Positions 1-8,954 of a stretch of DNA of 32,000 nucleotides are shown here, piece after piece. A program made the translations under genes and the position numbers. This DNA is from Corynebacterium amycolatum (GTDB lineage Bacteria > Actinomycetota > Actinomycetes > Mycobacteriales > Mycobacteriaceae). Positions within the stretch are counted from its first letter, which is position 1. Each line of letters begins with the position of its first letter. The stretch is from the NCBI RefSeq assembly GCF_049243625.1, contig NZ_CP046975.1. One strand, 5' to 3'. The notes below the pieces were generated by a model. It did no database searches, had not been told where the DNA came from, and was given only the letters and a program-made list of their open reading frames with translations.

Positions 1-146
1 GACCGCTAGTTCATTTCCCACCCTCCCCTAGGTAGCCATACGAGTTAGCTCTTGAATGGCCACCAGCGCTGTAGCCACAACGAAATAGCTTCCTTCTCGG
101 GAAAACGGCTTCGCACTTCAAAGGGCTGATGGGGTCGAAATAAAAG

Positions 147-183
147 TGCCGGCGAAAAATAGTTTCTCGCCGGCATTTCTTAT
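147..183. terminator. Hairpin terminator-like element upstream of glpF
   Basis: 9-bp GC-rich stem TGCCGGCGA (147-155) / TCGCCGGCA (167-175), followed by TTTCTTAT on the + strand and by CTTTTATTT on the - strand. No coding ORF is credible in 1-257. Confidence 0.5.
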
Positions 184-257
184 ACCTAAAGAATTCTACG
201 TTGCAAGATTCATCGTGACCTTGCCCGGTCACGACTCACAGAGAGTTTCTACATCTC

Positions 258-1007
258 ATGGAGACAATCACAGGATCCCAGGCATTCCTCTGGGAGTTTT
301 TCGGAACCGCCATTCTGATTCTGCTCGGTAACGGAGTCTGCGCCTCTATCAACCTCCGGACTACCCGCGCAGCAAATGCTGGTTGGATGGGCATTGCCTT
401 CGGTTGGGGTATGGCCGTTTTCGCTGGCGCATCTATTGCCGACGTATCCGGCGGGCACTTGAACCCAGCGGTAACCGTTGCCCTGGCAGTCAAAGGCAGC
501 CTGGCTTGGAGCCTTGTCCCCTACTATGCCGCAGGTCAGCTGTTGGGCGCATTCGTAGGTGCAATCCTGGCATGGGCCGCGTTTAAGCAGCTGTTCGATG
601 CCAATGGCGTTGACGACAACGGCAATCCGACCAATGCAAATGCCGAGACCGGCGGCAACTTCTTCACCGTACCGATTCATCCAAATAACTTCTGGAATGC
701 CGTCACCGAGTTCATTGCGACCTTCGTTCTGCTCGCATTCATCCTGTTCGGCCCAGCCGGCGGCGAGCTTGGCCCGCTGACCTACTTCGGTGTCTCGTTC
801 ATCATTGTGTCGATTGGTCTTTCCCTTGGTTCCCCGACTGGATACGCTATCAACCCTGTTCGTGACCTCGGCCCCCGTTTGGCCTACGCTTTCGTGCTCC
901 CGATTAAGGGCAAGGGCGATGCGAACTGGGCATATGCATGGGTCCCGATTGTCGCACCGATGCTGGCAGCTGTGGCTGCAGGCGCTCTTGCCTTTGCCAT
1001 CGGATAA
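258..1007 (+). CDS. glpF: MIP-family glycerol uptake facilitator (aquaglyceroporin)
   Basis: 249-aa ORF with ATG at 258 and multiple hydrophobic helices. First NPA box lies in [11 protein letters not shown]; the second box reads [11 protein letters not shown] (an NPV variant). Sits directly upstream of glpK. Confidence 0.93.
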   Translation: METITGSQAFLWEFFGTAILILLGNGVCASINLRTTRAANAGWMGIAFGWGMAVFAGASIADVSGGHLNPAVTVALAVKGSLAWSLVPYYAAGQLLGAFVGAILAWAAFKQLFDANGVDDNGNPTNANAETGGNFFTVPIHPNNFWNAVTEFIATFVLLAFILFGPAGGELGPLTYFGVSFIIVSIGLSLGSPTGYAINPVRDLGPRLAYAFVLPIKGKGDANWAYAWVPIVAPMLAAVAAGALAFAIG

Positions 1008-1091
1008 CGGGAATATGAGAGTGAACGCACAATAAAATAGCGCAAGTCCGAAAACTCACATTTACACACAATTTCGCTAGGAGTATCCCCC

Positions 1092-2648
1092 ATGATGCAC
1101 AGCAAATATGTCCTCGCCATTGACCAGGGAACTACTTCCACCCGCTGCATCATCTTCAACCATGACGCAGAGATCGTCACTGTCGCCCAGATGGAGCACA
1201 AGCAGATCTTCCCGGAAGAGGGCTGGGTCGAGCACGATGCCCAGGAGATTTGGACCAACACTCGTCGCGTAGTCAGTGAAGCTCTCGCTGATGGCGACAT
1301 CTCCTCCCAGGACATTGAGGCAATCGGTATCACCAACCAGCGCGAAACCACTGTCGTCTGGGACAAGAACACTGGTGAACCGGTCTACAACGCCATCGTC
1401 TGGCAGGACACCCGCACGAACACCATCTGTAAGGAGCTCATGGGGGATGAAGGCGCGGACCGTTGGCGTGAGACCACGGGCCTGCGTATCAACTCCTACC
1501 CGGCAGGCCCGAAGGTGCGCTGGATCCTCGACAACGTCGAGGGCGCTCGCGAAAAGGCCGAGGCTGGCGACCTGCTCTTCGGCACCATCGACACCTGGCT
1601 GCTGTGGAACCTCACCGGCGGCGCAGAGGGTGACAACGGCGAATCTGCAGTCCACGCAACGGACGTCACCAACGCATCCCGTACTCTCCTGATGGACCTC
1701 AAGACCCTCGAGTGGGACGAGGACATTTGCCGTGAAATTGGCATTCCAATGTCGATGCTGCCGGACATCCGCCCGTCAGTAGGCAACTTCGGTCGCGTTC
1801 GCGCCCGCGATGCTCTGTCCGGCCTTCCCATTACAGGTATTCTCGGCGACCAGCAGGCCGCCATGTTCGGCCAGGGTTGCTTCGGCGAGGGCGACACCAA
1901 GAACACCTACGGCACTGGCCTGTTCATGCTGATGAATACCGGCGAGAACCCGAAGTGGTCCGAGCACGGCCTCATCTCCACCGTCTGCTACCAGGTCGAG
2001 GGTGAGAAGCCGGTCTACGCTCTCGAGGGTTCTGTCTCCATGGGCGGCGCACTTGTTCAGTGGCTGCGTGACGAGCTGCAAATGATTCCAAATGCCGCTT
2101 CCATCGAGAACAAAGCAAAGAGTGTCAAGGACAACGGTGGCGTGTACATCGTGCCGGCATTCTCCGGTCTCTTCGCTCCTCGTTGGCAGCCGGACGCCCG
2201 TGGCGTCATCGTCGGCCTGACTCGCTTCGTTAACCGCAACCACATCTCCCGCGCTGTGCTGGAGGCTGCTGCGTACCAGACTCGTGAGGTTCTCGATGCC
2301 ATGGTGGCAGAATCCGGCACGGACATCACGACGCTGAGCGTTGATGGCGGCATGACCATGAACGAGTTCCTCATGCAGTTCCAGTCCGACATCCTAGATG
2401 TCACTGTCACGCGCCCGAACAACATTGAAACCACTGCTCTCGGCGCTGCATATGGTGCAGGTCTGGGCGTTGGCTTCTGGTCGAGCTTGGATGAGGTCAA
2501 GGCTCACATCACGATTGACAAGAAGTGGCGTCCGAAGATGGAGGCCGAAGAGCGCGATCGCCTGTTCCACCAGTGGAACCGTGCCGTTGAACGCACCTAC
2601 GGCTGGGTCGAGGATACCGATGCTGAGGAGGCACCGAAGCCTGAATAA
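1092..2648 (+). CDS. glpK: Glycerol kinase
   Basis: 518-aa ORF with AGGAG 8 nt upstream of the ATG. FGGY-kinase motifs [18 protein letters not shown] and [19 protein letters not shown] are very close to characterised GlpK proteins. Confidence 0.97.
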   Translation: MMHSKYVLAIDQGTTSTRCIIFNHDAEIVTVAQMEHKQIFPEEGWVEHDAQEIWTNTRRVVSEALADGDISSQDIEAIGITNQRETTVVWDKNTGEPVYNAIVWQDTRTNTICKELMGDEGADRWRETTGLRINSYPAGPKVRWILDNVEGAREKAEAGDLLFGTIDTWLLWNLTGGAEGDNGESAVHATDVTNASRTLLMDLKTLEWDEDICREIGIPMSMLPDIRPSVGNFGRVRARDALSGLPITGILGDQQAAMFGQGCFGEGDTKNTYGTGLFMLMNTGENPKWSEHGLISTVCYQVEGEKPVYALEGSVSMGGALVQWLRDELQMIPNAASIENKAKSVKDNGGVYIVPAFSGLFAPRWQPDARGVIVGLTRFVNRNHISRAVLEAAAYQTREVLDAMVAESGTDITTLSVDGGMTMNEFLMQFQSDILDVTVTRPNNIETTALGAAYGAGLGVGFWSSLDEVKAHITIDKKWRPKMEAEERDRLFHQWNRAVERTYGWVEDTDAEEAPKPE

Positions 2649-2667
2649 GCCCTCGTAAGAGCCTAAG

Positions 2668-2710
2668 AATGGCTCGGAAAACCGATTCGGTTTTCCGAGC
2701 CATTTTTATT
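2668..2710 (+). terminator. Rho-independent terminator after glpK
   Basis: Perfect 17-bp stem AATGGCTCGGAAAACCG (2668-2684) / CGGTTTTCCGAGCCATT (2688-2704) with a 3-nt loop, followed by a T-rich tail. Confidence 0.85.
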
Positions 2711-2790
2711 ATAAATTCAGGGCTTGTTTGTTATAATAAAATTATTATCACTACCATCCGCTCCTCGATTGAAAATAGAAAAGAGCAATC

Positions 2791-3963
2791 ATGCGTCGTG
2801 CATCGATTTTCACTGCGAGTGTGACCACCGCCCTGACGCTGGCACTGGCCACTCCGGCAGCATCAGCAACCCCAACGGATTTCATTAAAAACCCGCTGGA
2901 GCCAACCCCTGACCCGCAGTCCACTGCGATGGTCGAACTGCCAACTACCCCGGCGCCGACCACTACAGTTGACGGTCGCCACGTTACGGTGACCGACGGC
3001 TATATGACGTCGGAGGATGGCAAGGGCACTCAAATCTACTGGAAGTCCAACACCATTCCGAACGCCAAGGCCACTGTCGTCGTCGTGCATGGTGCTGCAG
3101 AGCACCTGGGTCGCTACGAGTGGGTAACTGGCAAGCTTCTGAACGCCGGCTACAACGTCTACCGCCTCGACCACCGCGGTCACGGCCACACGGGCCAGGT
3201 TGAAGGCACTCCAGTTGCTCGTGGTCACATCGATGATTTCCACTCGCTTGTCGATGACCTACACATGCTTGTAGAGAAGGCCAAGGCGGAGAACCCGAGC
3301 ACGAAGACCTTCCTGCTCGGCCACTCCATGGGCGGTCTTGCTGTGGACTTCCACGGCATCAAGTACCCGGGCAGTGTCGATGGCATCGTCGCCAACGGCG
3401 GTGGCGCTCTGTTCAACCCCTACGGCGGCACGGACAAGGGCGAAACCATCACTCCAGAAGCCATGACCGATGTCGAGCGCGAAGCCCAGCCGACGATTTA
3501 CCAGCGTCTGCCGTTCCAGGACATGACTACTTTCAACACGCGCATGCTCAAGGAAGTACCGAACCGTACCGAGATGCGCGTCCCATCGCTGCCGGGCACT
3601 GACCTGATTCAGGTTGGCAACCCGCTGGGTGCGAAAACTTCTTCTTCCCAGGCAGTGCGTGATGAATACGGCACTGATCCGTACAACAACTCCAAGCTTT
3701 CGCTCGGCATGGCTCAACAAATGGCGTTTGCCGCCACCTACAACGGCACCAACTCCGTCGACTTCGTTGAGCCGACCCTGGTCATGATGGGTGGCCAGGA
3801 TGAGATTGTGCCACCGTTCTTCTCGCGTGACTGGTACAACGGCATCTCGTCCACCGACAAGCAGCTGATCGAGTTCGAAGGCCAGTTCCACGAGGTATTC
3901 AATGAACCGGCACAGCACCAGGCCATTGCGACGGCTATTGCCTGGCTCGATGAGCGCATTTAA
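2791..3963 (+). CDS. Secreted alpha/beta hydrolase, monoacylglycerol lipase / lysophospholipase-like
   Basis: 390 aa. N-terminal Sec-type signal peptide (MRRASIFTASVTTALTLALATPAASA). Oxyanion region HGAAEHLGRY, nucleophile elbow GHSMGG, C-terminal GGQDEIVP and FHEVFNEP (Asp/His of the triad). AT-rich promoter-like region at 2711-2790. Confidence 0.8.
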   Translation: MRRASIFTASVTTALTLALATPAASATPTDFIKNPLEPTPDPQSTAMVELPTTPAPTTTVDGRHVTVTDGYMTSEDGKGTQIYWKSNTIPNAKATVVVVHGAAEHLGRYEWVTGKLLNAGYNVYRLDHRGHGHTGQVEGTPVARGHIDDFHSLVDDLHMLVEKAKAENPSTKTFLLGHSMGGLAVDFHGIKYPGSVDGIVANGGGALFNPYGGTDKGETITPEAMTDVEREAQPTIYQRLPFQDMTTFNTRMLKEVPNRTEMRVPSLPGTDLIQVGNPLGAKTSSSQAVRDEYGTDPYNNSKLSLGMAQQMAFAATYNGTNSVDFVEPTLVMMGGQDEIVPPFFSRDWYNGISSTDKQLIEFEGQFHEVFNEPAQHQAIATAIAWLDERI

Positions 3964-4032
3964 TTGAACGCTAAATAGGAACCGAACCGGTTCCTAGCTG
4001 TTACAAGTTCTTCATAGAGCCAACCCGGTGGG

Positions 4033-4077
4033 ATGAGGGGCGATTGTCTTTTGACAATTGCCCCTCATTTTTCTTTG
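4033..4077 (+). terminator. Rho-independent terminator after the lipase gene
   Basis: 16-bp stem ATGAGGGGCGATTGTC / GACAATTGCCCCTCAT (one G-U pair), TTTT loop, followed by TTTTTCTTTG. A smaller hairpin GGAACCG-AAC-CGGTTCC lies at 3978-3994. Confidence 0.8.
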
Positions 4078-4110
4078 TTCTGTTCTCTCTGTGCGGTATA
4101 GGCGTGCAGT

Positions 4111-4158
4111 ACTTGGCAATACAAACTACTGGGGGTATAGTTGGCATTACAAGGTACT
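4111..4158 (+). promoter_or_regulatory. Imperfect 20-bp direct repeat, candidate operator upstream of the PadR gene
   Basis: ACTTGGCAATACAAACTACT (4111-4130) and AGTTGGCATTACAAGGTACT (4139-4158) match at 16/20 positions with a 28-bp period, 60-110 bp upstream of the PadR start. Function is inferred only from position. Confidence 0.3.
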
Positions 4159-4220
4159 AGGTATGAAAAGGATTCTGCTCAAACAACTTCCTTCTACCGC
4201 CGGAAAGAAAGCACAACGCC

Positions 4221-4556
4221 ATGCCCAAACGCCCACAAACACAACTGAAGAAGGGAGTACTCGAGCTCGCCATTCTCAAGCTGATTTCTCGCGAAGAACT
4301 CTATGGCGCGGCACTCGTCGCAAAGCTCAACGCCTACCCCCACCTCAGCGCGCCCGCAGGAACCGTCTACCCCCTACTCTCGCGGCTGACCACCAACGGC
4401 TTGATTAGCAATCGCTGGGAGGAATCCCCCAAGGGGCCGCCCCGCAAGTACTACTCACTAACAGACAAAGGACAGCAAACACTCACGCAGCTACATCAGG
4501 ACTTCATCGATCTATCCGCCGACATGACCGCACTATTTTCCGAGGATCCCCAATGA
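4221..4556 (+). CDS. PadR-family transcriptional regulator
   Basis: 111 aa. Winged-helix PadR signature KGVLELAILKLISREELYGAALVAKL ... GTVYPLLSRLTTNGLISNRWEESPKGPPRKYYSLTDKG. Its stop overlaps the next start (ATGA at 4553-4556). Confidence 0.9.
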   Translation: MPKRPQTQLKKGVLELAILKLISREELYGAALVAKLNAYPHLSAPAGTVYPLLSRLTTNGLISNRWEESPKGPPRKYYSLTDKGQQTLTQLHQDFIDLSADMTALFSEDPQ

Positions 4557-5395
4557 ACACCTACCTCACCGCCATCGACCACAAACTGCGCGAAATCGGA
4601 ACATCGCCCGCACAACGCAAGGCGATCATTGCCGAGCAGGAGAGTCTTCTGCAAGAGCTTAACGACGTCCACGCGGACCTGGCCGAAGAGCTGGGAACGG
4701 CGACCGAATACGCCGAGCGAGTCGCCGAGCAAGTTGGTGAACCGAGCGCTTTGCGACGCTACCTCAGCAACCCACTTCGAGCATTTTCCAAGCGCGGTCG
4801 CGCTTCCCTGTGGAATATGAACGACCCGCGGATTCTCCAACCTCACCTGTTGGGTTTTGGCTGGTCTATCAATTGGGCTGCAGTAGCCACCAAGCTCGGG
4901 ATTGTCCGCCCGGACGATATTGACGGTGAGGTTATCTCTGAAATTCCGGCTCGCGCACTGCAGGCGACCGCTTTTCTCCCCGCGGCTGTGACGGTTGCGC
5001 ACGGAGTCGCACTGGCCAGGTGCTGGAAGCAGTTGCCTTCAGAAGTCCACACAAAATGGAAGCTAAACGGCGAGGCAGTTCAAAAGACAGCACCGAAGGA
5101 AACTCTGCTTCTTCCCTTCGTGGTTTCTACGGTCGGAGCTGGATTCTCAGCTGCTTCGCTGCTCAAGGCAGATGACCGCGAAGATACTCTGCGCGTCGCG
5201 TCCCTAGGTACTCTCACTTGCGCCATTGCTCCAGCTCAGCTGATCGGCGTTCTCACGGAAGAAAACTCCAAGATCAATCCAGCATTAGTCCAAGCCGGTG
5301 TTGCCACGGCATCGGTCGCAGCTTCGGCCGCATGCCTTGTCTTTCCCCTCCGAGCCGGACTGAAGGCTACCTGGAAGAAAGCTGGGGTGGCCTAG
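4553..5395 (+). CDS. PadR-associated membrane protein (DUF1700/HAAS-like N-terminal helical domain plus hydrophobic C-terminal part)
   Basis: 280 aa, translationally coupled to PadR. The N-terminus (YLTAIDHKLREIGTSPAQRKAIIAEQESLLQEL ... ELGTATEYAERVAEQVG) resembles the helical sensor modules usually encoded after PadR genes. An FGWSINW segment and several hydrophobic stretches follow. Confidence 0.65.
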   Translation: MNTYLTAIDHKLREIGTSPAQRKAIIAEQESLLQELNDVHADLAEELGTATEYAERVAEQVGEPSALRRYLSNPLRAFSKRGRASLWNMNDPRILQPHLLGFGWSINWAAVATKLGIVRPDDIDGEVISEIPARALQATAFLPAAVTVAHGVALARCWKQLPSEVHTKWKLNGEAVQKTAPKETLLLPFVVSTVGAGFSAASLLKADDREDTLRVASLGTLTCAIAPAQLIGVLTEENSKINPALVQAGVATASVAASAACLVFPLRAGLKATWKKAGVA

Positions 5396-5486
5396 ATCAT
5401 GCCGATGTAATTTGGGCAGGTCAAAGCGTTACTCCGCAGCCCGTCAGCACCGGCCTGCTCGCTATTGCAATCGAAGTACTTCACAG

Positions 5487-5514
5487 CTAGGAGCTGTAGG
5501 CCAACAGCTCCTAG
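5487..5514. terminator. Hairpin between convergent genes (possible bidirectional terminator)
   Basis: Perfect 11-bp stem CTAGGAGCTGT / ACAGCTCCTAG with a 6-nt loop. No clear T-tract, so terminator function is uncertain. Confidence 0.4.
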
Positions 5515-5600
5515 TAGAAGACGTTGCCTCTCCGCCTAGGATTCCCCTTTTCCCGCCGGCGCAGCCCGACCGCTTAGTCGGAGCATTGTGGCCGCAGCTC

Positions 5601-6494
5601 CTACATAATCGGCGCAATCGCCATCAATTCCGATGCAATAGCCGGAATAATCGCAAGACCGCCGGAAAACCAATACTGCAGCTTGCCCATTTCTAATGGT
5701 GCGCCCAAACCAATCTCAATCGAGGAAAAATCATTAGTTTCCCGTGGTTTTCCTCGAACAAGTGCACAATAGACAATTGCCACGGCAGCCCATAGCATGG
5801 AATACATGGGATTTAGCGGCATCCCCGGAAGGAATTGGACGGCCATTCCCAGGACGGTCACAACGCTCAGTATCGCCACTCGCCACGGCAGCTGACCTGG
5901 CGCTTCGAGCCTAGTCGCCCGCCATACTGCAGAGGCAAGCACCGCCCAGCAGAGCAAAACCAGCGTGCGCCCGCCTTTTCCAATCAGCGGTGCAACAGAA
6001 AACTCCGCCAGCGCCACCGCAACAAATAGCAACGGGATATACCCACGCCGCACCAGCCTGCGCAGCATCAACACCGGCAAGGAAGTTTGCGCGAACGGCC
6101 GCTCCTTGACCTTGGCACTCCGCAGCCAGGAAGCAGCGTAAATATTCGATGCCAGCTCCGCATTAAAGAACATCACGGTCACACGAGTCATCGATTGTGT
6201 CACGCCATTAGAAAGCACCGTCGCTAAACGACGTGGTCGTGCAACCCCAAGGACATATCGAAAAACCCCGCCAATGCCGAACCCAAATACGGTGAACACC
6301 AGCACTTGGAGCCAGCCGTCGCGGTCAATGCCGGGAAATCGACGTGCGGGGCGATACTCCCATTCCCATCGGTCGCGGTCAACGGACCTCAGCGGAGCCA
6401 TTCGTTCCGCAATGATGACCAGCAGGAAGATAATCCCTACTAAGCCAACTACTTGAAATACGTTGAGAGGAAAACTCAAGCCTTCAAGGTTCAC
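5601..6494 (-). CDS. Polytopic membrane protein, putative permease partner of the adjacent ABC ATPase
   Basis: 297 aa with a GTG start that overlaps the ATPase stop (GTGA at 6491-6494). Strongly hydrophobic with multiple predicted TM helices. I recognise no family motif. Confidence 0.6.
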   Translation of the reverse strand: MNLEGLSFPLNVFQVVGLVGIIFLLVIIAERMAPLRSVDRDRWEWEYRPARRFPGIDRDGWLQVLVFTVFGFGIGGVFRYVLGVARPRRLATVLSNGVTQSMTRVTVMFFNAELASNIYAASWLRSAKVKERPFAQTSLPVLMLRRLVRRGYIPLLFVAVALAEFSVAPLIGKGGRTLVLLCWAVLASAVWRATRLEAPGQLPWRVAILSVVTVLGMAVQFLPGMPLNPMYSMLWAAVAIVYCALVRGKPRETNDFSSIEIGLGAPLEMGKLQYWFSGGLAIIPAIASELMAIAPIM

Positions 6495-7114
6495 AGTCGA
6501 ATCTCCCAGTCTGCCTCATCGATGAGACTTGGCGAATGCGATGCCACAATCACTGTGAATCCAGACTGTGCCATTTGGCGAAGTTGCGCGCACAGCAGCC
6601 GAGTCCAATCCGCATCGAGATGGCGCTCGGGTTCATCCAACACAACAACCGGAGCCGCAACCGCCAATTGGATTCCCAAGTTTGCCCGCTGCTTCTGACC
6701 GCTCGAAAGCCGACTGGGCAAAGTGTTGGGCAACTCAGCAACGCGCCATGGCTCCAACCGACTCAGCAGCGTGTCCATTCCCACACCTGTGCGCAGGGAA
6801 ACCAGGTTAATATGCTCGCCGAGAGTTAAGTCCGGTAGAAATGCTGGATCAGAAATGCTGGTCACGCAGCCAGCGCCTTGCGGGCTTGACGGATCAACGA
6901 AAGTTTCTTCGCCCTCGCAAGCAACCCGCACAGTACCTTCGATTGGCTCTATCTCACCAGCAATGGTGCTAATCAACGTGGATTTTCCCACCCCATTCGG
7001 GCCGGTGATACTGACAAATTCCCCCTTACGGATCTCCGCGCTAATCTCACCAAGAATGCTGCTGTGTCCATATACGCAGTCAACTTCGAGCGAAGTTTTT
7101 CCTGGTTCAATCAT
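6491..7114 (-). CDS. ABC transporter ATP-binding protein
   Basis: 207 aa. Walker A GPNGVGKST, signature LSSGQKQR, Walker B VVVLDEPERHLD, H-loop ASHS. Confidence 0.9.
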   Translation of the reverse strand: MIEPGKTSLEVDCVYGHSSILGEISAEIRKGEFVSITGPNGVGKSTLISTIAGEIEPIEGTVRVACEGEETFVDPSSPQGAGCVTSISDPAFLPDLTLGEHINLVSLRTGVGMDTLLSRLEPWRVAELPNTLPSRLSSGQKQRANLGIQLAVAAPVVVLDEPERHLDADWTRLLCAQLRQMAQSGFTVIVASHSPSLIDEADWEIRL

Positions 7115-7239
7115 GCCGCTGCTATCGATCCTCTTGCCAAATTATTGACTCAATCCCCCACCTACTTCTTAGCGCAGTCACCCCACCCACGTCTTGGGAA
7201 TTGAAAATTGGCCCAGCCCACGCGAACCCAGCGAGCCGA

Positions 7240-7436
7240 CGCGAACCTATCGCCGGCCAGGTCGACGGCATGCTGGAGGACTTCCCTGCCTCCGAGGCCT
7301 TGGATCGAGTATGCCGGAAATCGGTATCAAGACCGCAGCACAAATCTTGCTTTCCATCGGTGATGGATCCGACTTCGCATCCTCTGGCCACCTGGCCGCC
7401 TATGCAGGAATTGCTCCTGTGACACGAAAATCAGGC
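7240..7436 (+). pseudogene. IS110-family transposase relic (internal fragment, frameshifted, truncated at both ends)
   Basis: The segment SSMPEIGIKTAAQILLSIGDGSDFASSGHLAAYAGIAPVTRKSG matches the conserved C-terminal (Transposase_20-type) region of IS110-family enzymes. The preceding REPIAGQVDGMLEDFPASEAL lies in a different frame, with the frameshift near 7300. Homology ends after RKSG, and no N-terminal catalytic domain is present. Confidence 0.7.
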
Positions 7437-7546
7437 CCACCAACACCAGTTGATGGGCACAATAACCATGCCTAAACCTACCCCCAAGAGTTTCACTTAA
7501 AAACTCCGATTTAGGCTTGACAAAAACATAGGGACGCCCCCTAGGG

Positions 7547-7618
7547 CACTTCACGACACCTATGGCACCTCATGCCAGCTGTGGAGGTGGCATGAGGTGC
7601 CATAGGTGTCGTGAAGTG
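7547..7618. repeat. 31-bp perfect inverted repeat (long hairpin) 27 bp downstream of the serS stop
   Basis: CACTTCACGACACCTATGGCACCTCATGCCA (7547-7577) is the exact reverse complement of 7588-7618, with a 10-nt loop. It may terminate serS, but the stem is much longer than the other terminators in this window. Confidence 0.9.
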
Positions 7619-7644
7619 AGTGTGTGGCTGTGTCGGGGCCACAC

Positions 7645-8907
7645 CTACTTAACCGGCTCGAGAACTTCCTTGCCCATCATGAACGGACGCAGGGCCTCCG
7701 GAATCACCACAGAACCATCGGCCTGCTGGTGGTTTTCCAAAATGGCGACCAGCCAACGCGTCGTAGCCAGCGTGCCATTTAGGGTGGCGCAGTACTGGGA
7801 CTTGCCATCGGCATCGCGGTAGCGGGTCTTCAAACGACGAGCCTGGAAAGTCGTGCAGTTCGAAGTCGAGGTCAACTCGCGGTAAGTGTTCTGCGTCGGC
7901 ACCCACGCCTCGGTATCGAACTTGCGGGCAGCCGATGCACCCAGGTCACCACCAGCAACATCGATGATGCGGTACGGAACATCGACCGCGGCCAGCATCT
8001 CGCGCTCCATGTTTAGCAGCTTCTGGTGTTCTGCCTCCGCCTGCTCCGGCGGACAGTAGGAGAACATCTCCAGCTTGTCGAACTGGTGCACGCGCAGGAT
8101 TCCGCGGGTGTCCTTGCCGTAAGAGCCCGCTTCACGACGGAAACAAGAAGACCAACCAGCGTAGCGACGCGGCCCCTCCGACAGGTCAATAATCTCGTTG
8201 GAGTGGTAGCCGGCCAGCGCGACTTCCGAGGTACCGACCAGGTAGAGGTCATCTTCCTGCAGGTAGTAAATCTCATCGGAGTGCGCACCGAGGAAACCGG
8301 TACCCGACATGGTCTCCGGACGAACCAGCACCGGCGGCACCATCAGCTGGAAACCATTCTGAGTTGCCTTCTGAGCAGCCAGGTTCATCATGGCCAGCTG
8401 CAACATGGCACCGTAGCCGGTCAGGAAGTAGAAGCGGGAACCGGAGACCTTGACGCCACGCTCCATATCAATAAGTCCCAGCGACTCACCGAGGTCCAGG
8501 TGGTCCTTGGGCTCAAAATCGAACTGTGGAATCTCGCCGATTTCCTCCAGCACGACAAAGTCATCTTCGCCACCGGCGGGCGCACCCGTAACGATGTTGC
8601 CAATCAGATACTGCAGACGCTCGACCTCAGCCTCGGCTTCCTTCTGCTTCGCTTCGGCTGCCTTCACGGCGTCGGAAAGCTCCTTGGCCTTCTCCAACAT
8701 GGTCGGACGCTCTTCCTTCGACGCCTGACCAATCTTCTTACCGAAGCCCTTCTGCTCCGAACGCAGCGCGTCGGTGGAGGCAATAACCTCACGGCGCTTA
8801 GCGTCAGCTTCCAGCAGCTGATCGACCAATGCCGGGTCCTCACCACGGGTGCGCTGGGACTCGCGGGCTACTTCAGGGTTTTCGCGGAGAAATTTGAGAT
8901 CAATCAC
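7645..8907 (-). CDS. serS: Seryl-tRNA synthetase
   Basis: Class II aaRS motifs [25 protein letters not shown] and [18 protein letters not shown], plus an N-terminal coiled-coil arm. The ORF extends to GTG 8946. The conserved SerRS N-terminus (V/M)[11 protein letters not shown] begins at GTG 8907, which I prefer. Confidence 0.95.
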   Translation of the reverse strand: MIDLKFLRENPEVARESQRTRGEDPALVDQLLEADAKRREVIASTDALRSEQKGFGKKIGQASKEERPTMLEKAKELSDAVKAAEAKQKEAEAEVERLQYLIGNIVTGAPAGGEDDFVVLEEIGEIPQFDFEPKDHLDLGESLGLIDMERGVKVSGSRFYFLTGYGAMLQLAMMNLAAQKATQNGFQLMVPPVLVRPETMSGTGFLGAHSDEIYYLQEDDLYLVGTSEVALAGYHSNEIIDLSEGPRRYAGWSSCFRREAGSYGKDTRGILRVHQFDKLEMFSYCPPEQAEAEHQKLLNMEREMLAAVDVPYRIIDVAGGDLGASAARKFDTEAWVPTQNTYRELTSTSNCTTFQARRLKTRYRDADGKSQYCATLNGTLATTRWLVAILENHQQADGSVVIPEALRPFMMGKEVLEPVK

Positions 8908-8954
8908 GTCCCCTAGAGTACCTGGTTTACGTCGGCAAGCAGGCACAAGGCATG

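Noticed and set aside
7562-7822. 86-aa ORF beginning inside the 31-bp palindrome
   Set aside because: It starts within the hairpin and runs antisense into the 3' end of serS, so it is an artefact of the palindrome and GC-rich sequence.
8026-8916. 296-aa plus-strand ORF
   Set aside because: Antisense to serS, with a Leu/Arg/Gly/Thr-rich composition and no recognisable motif.
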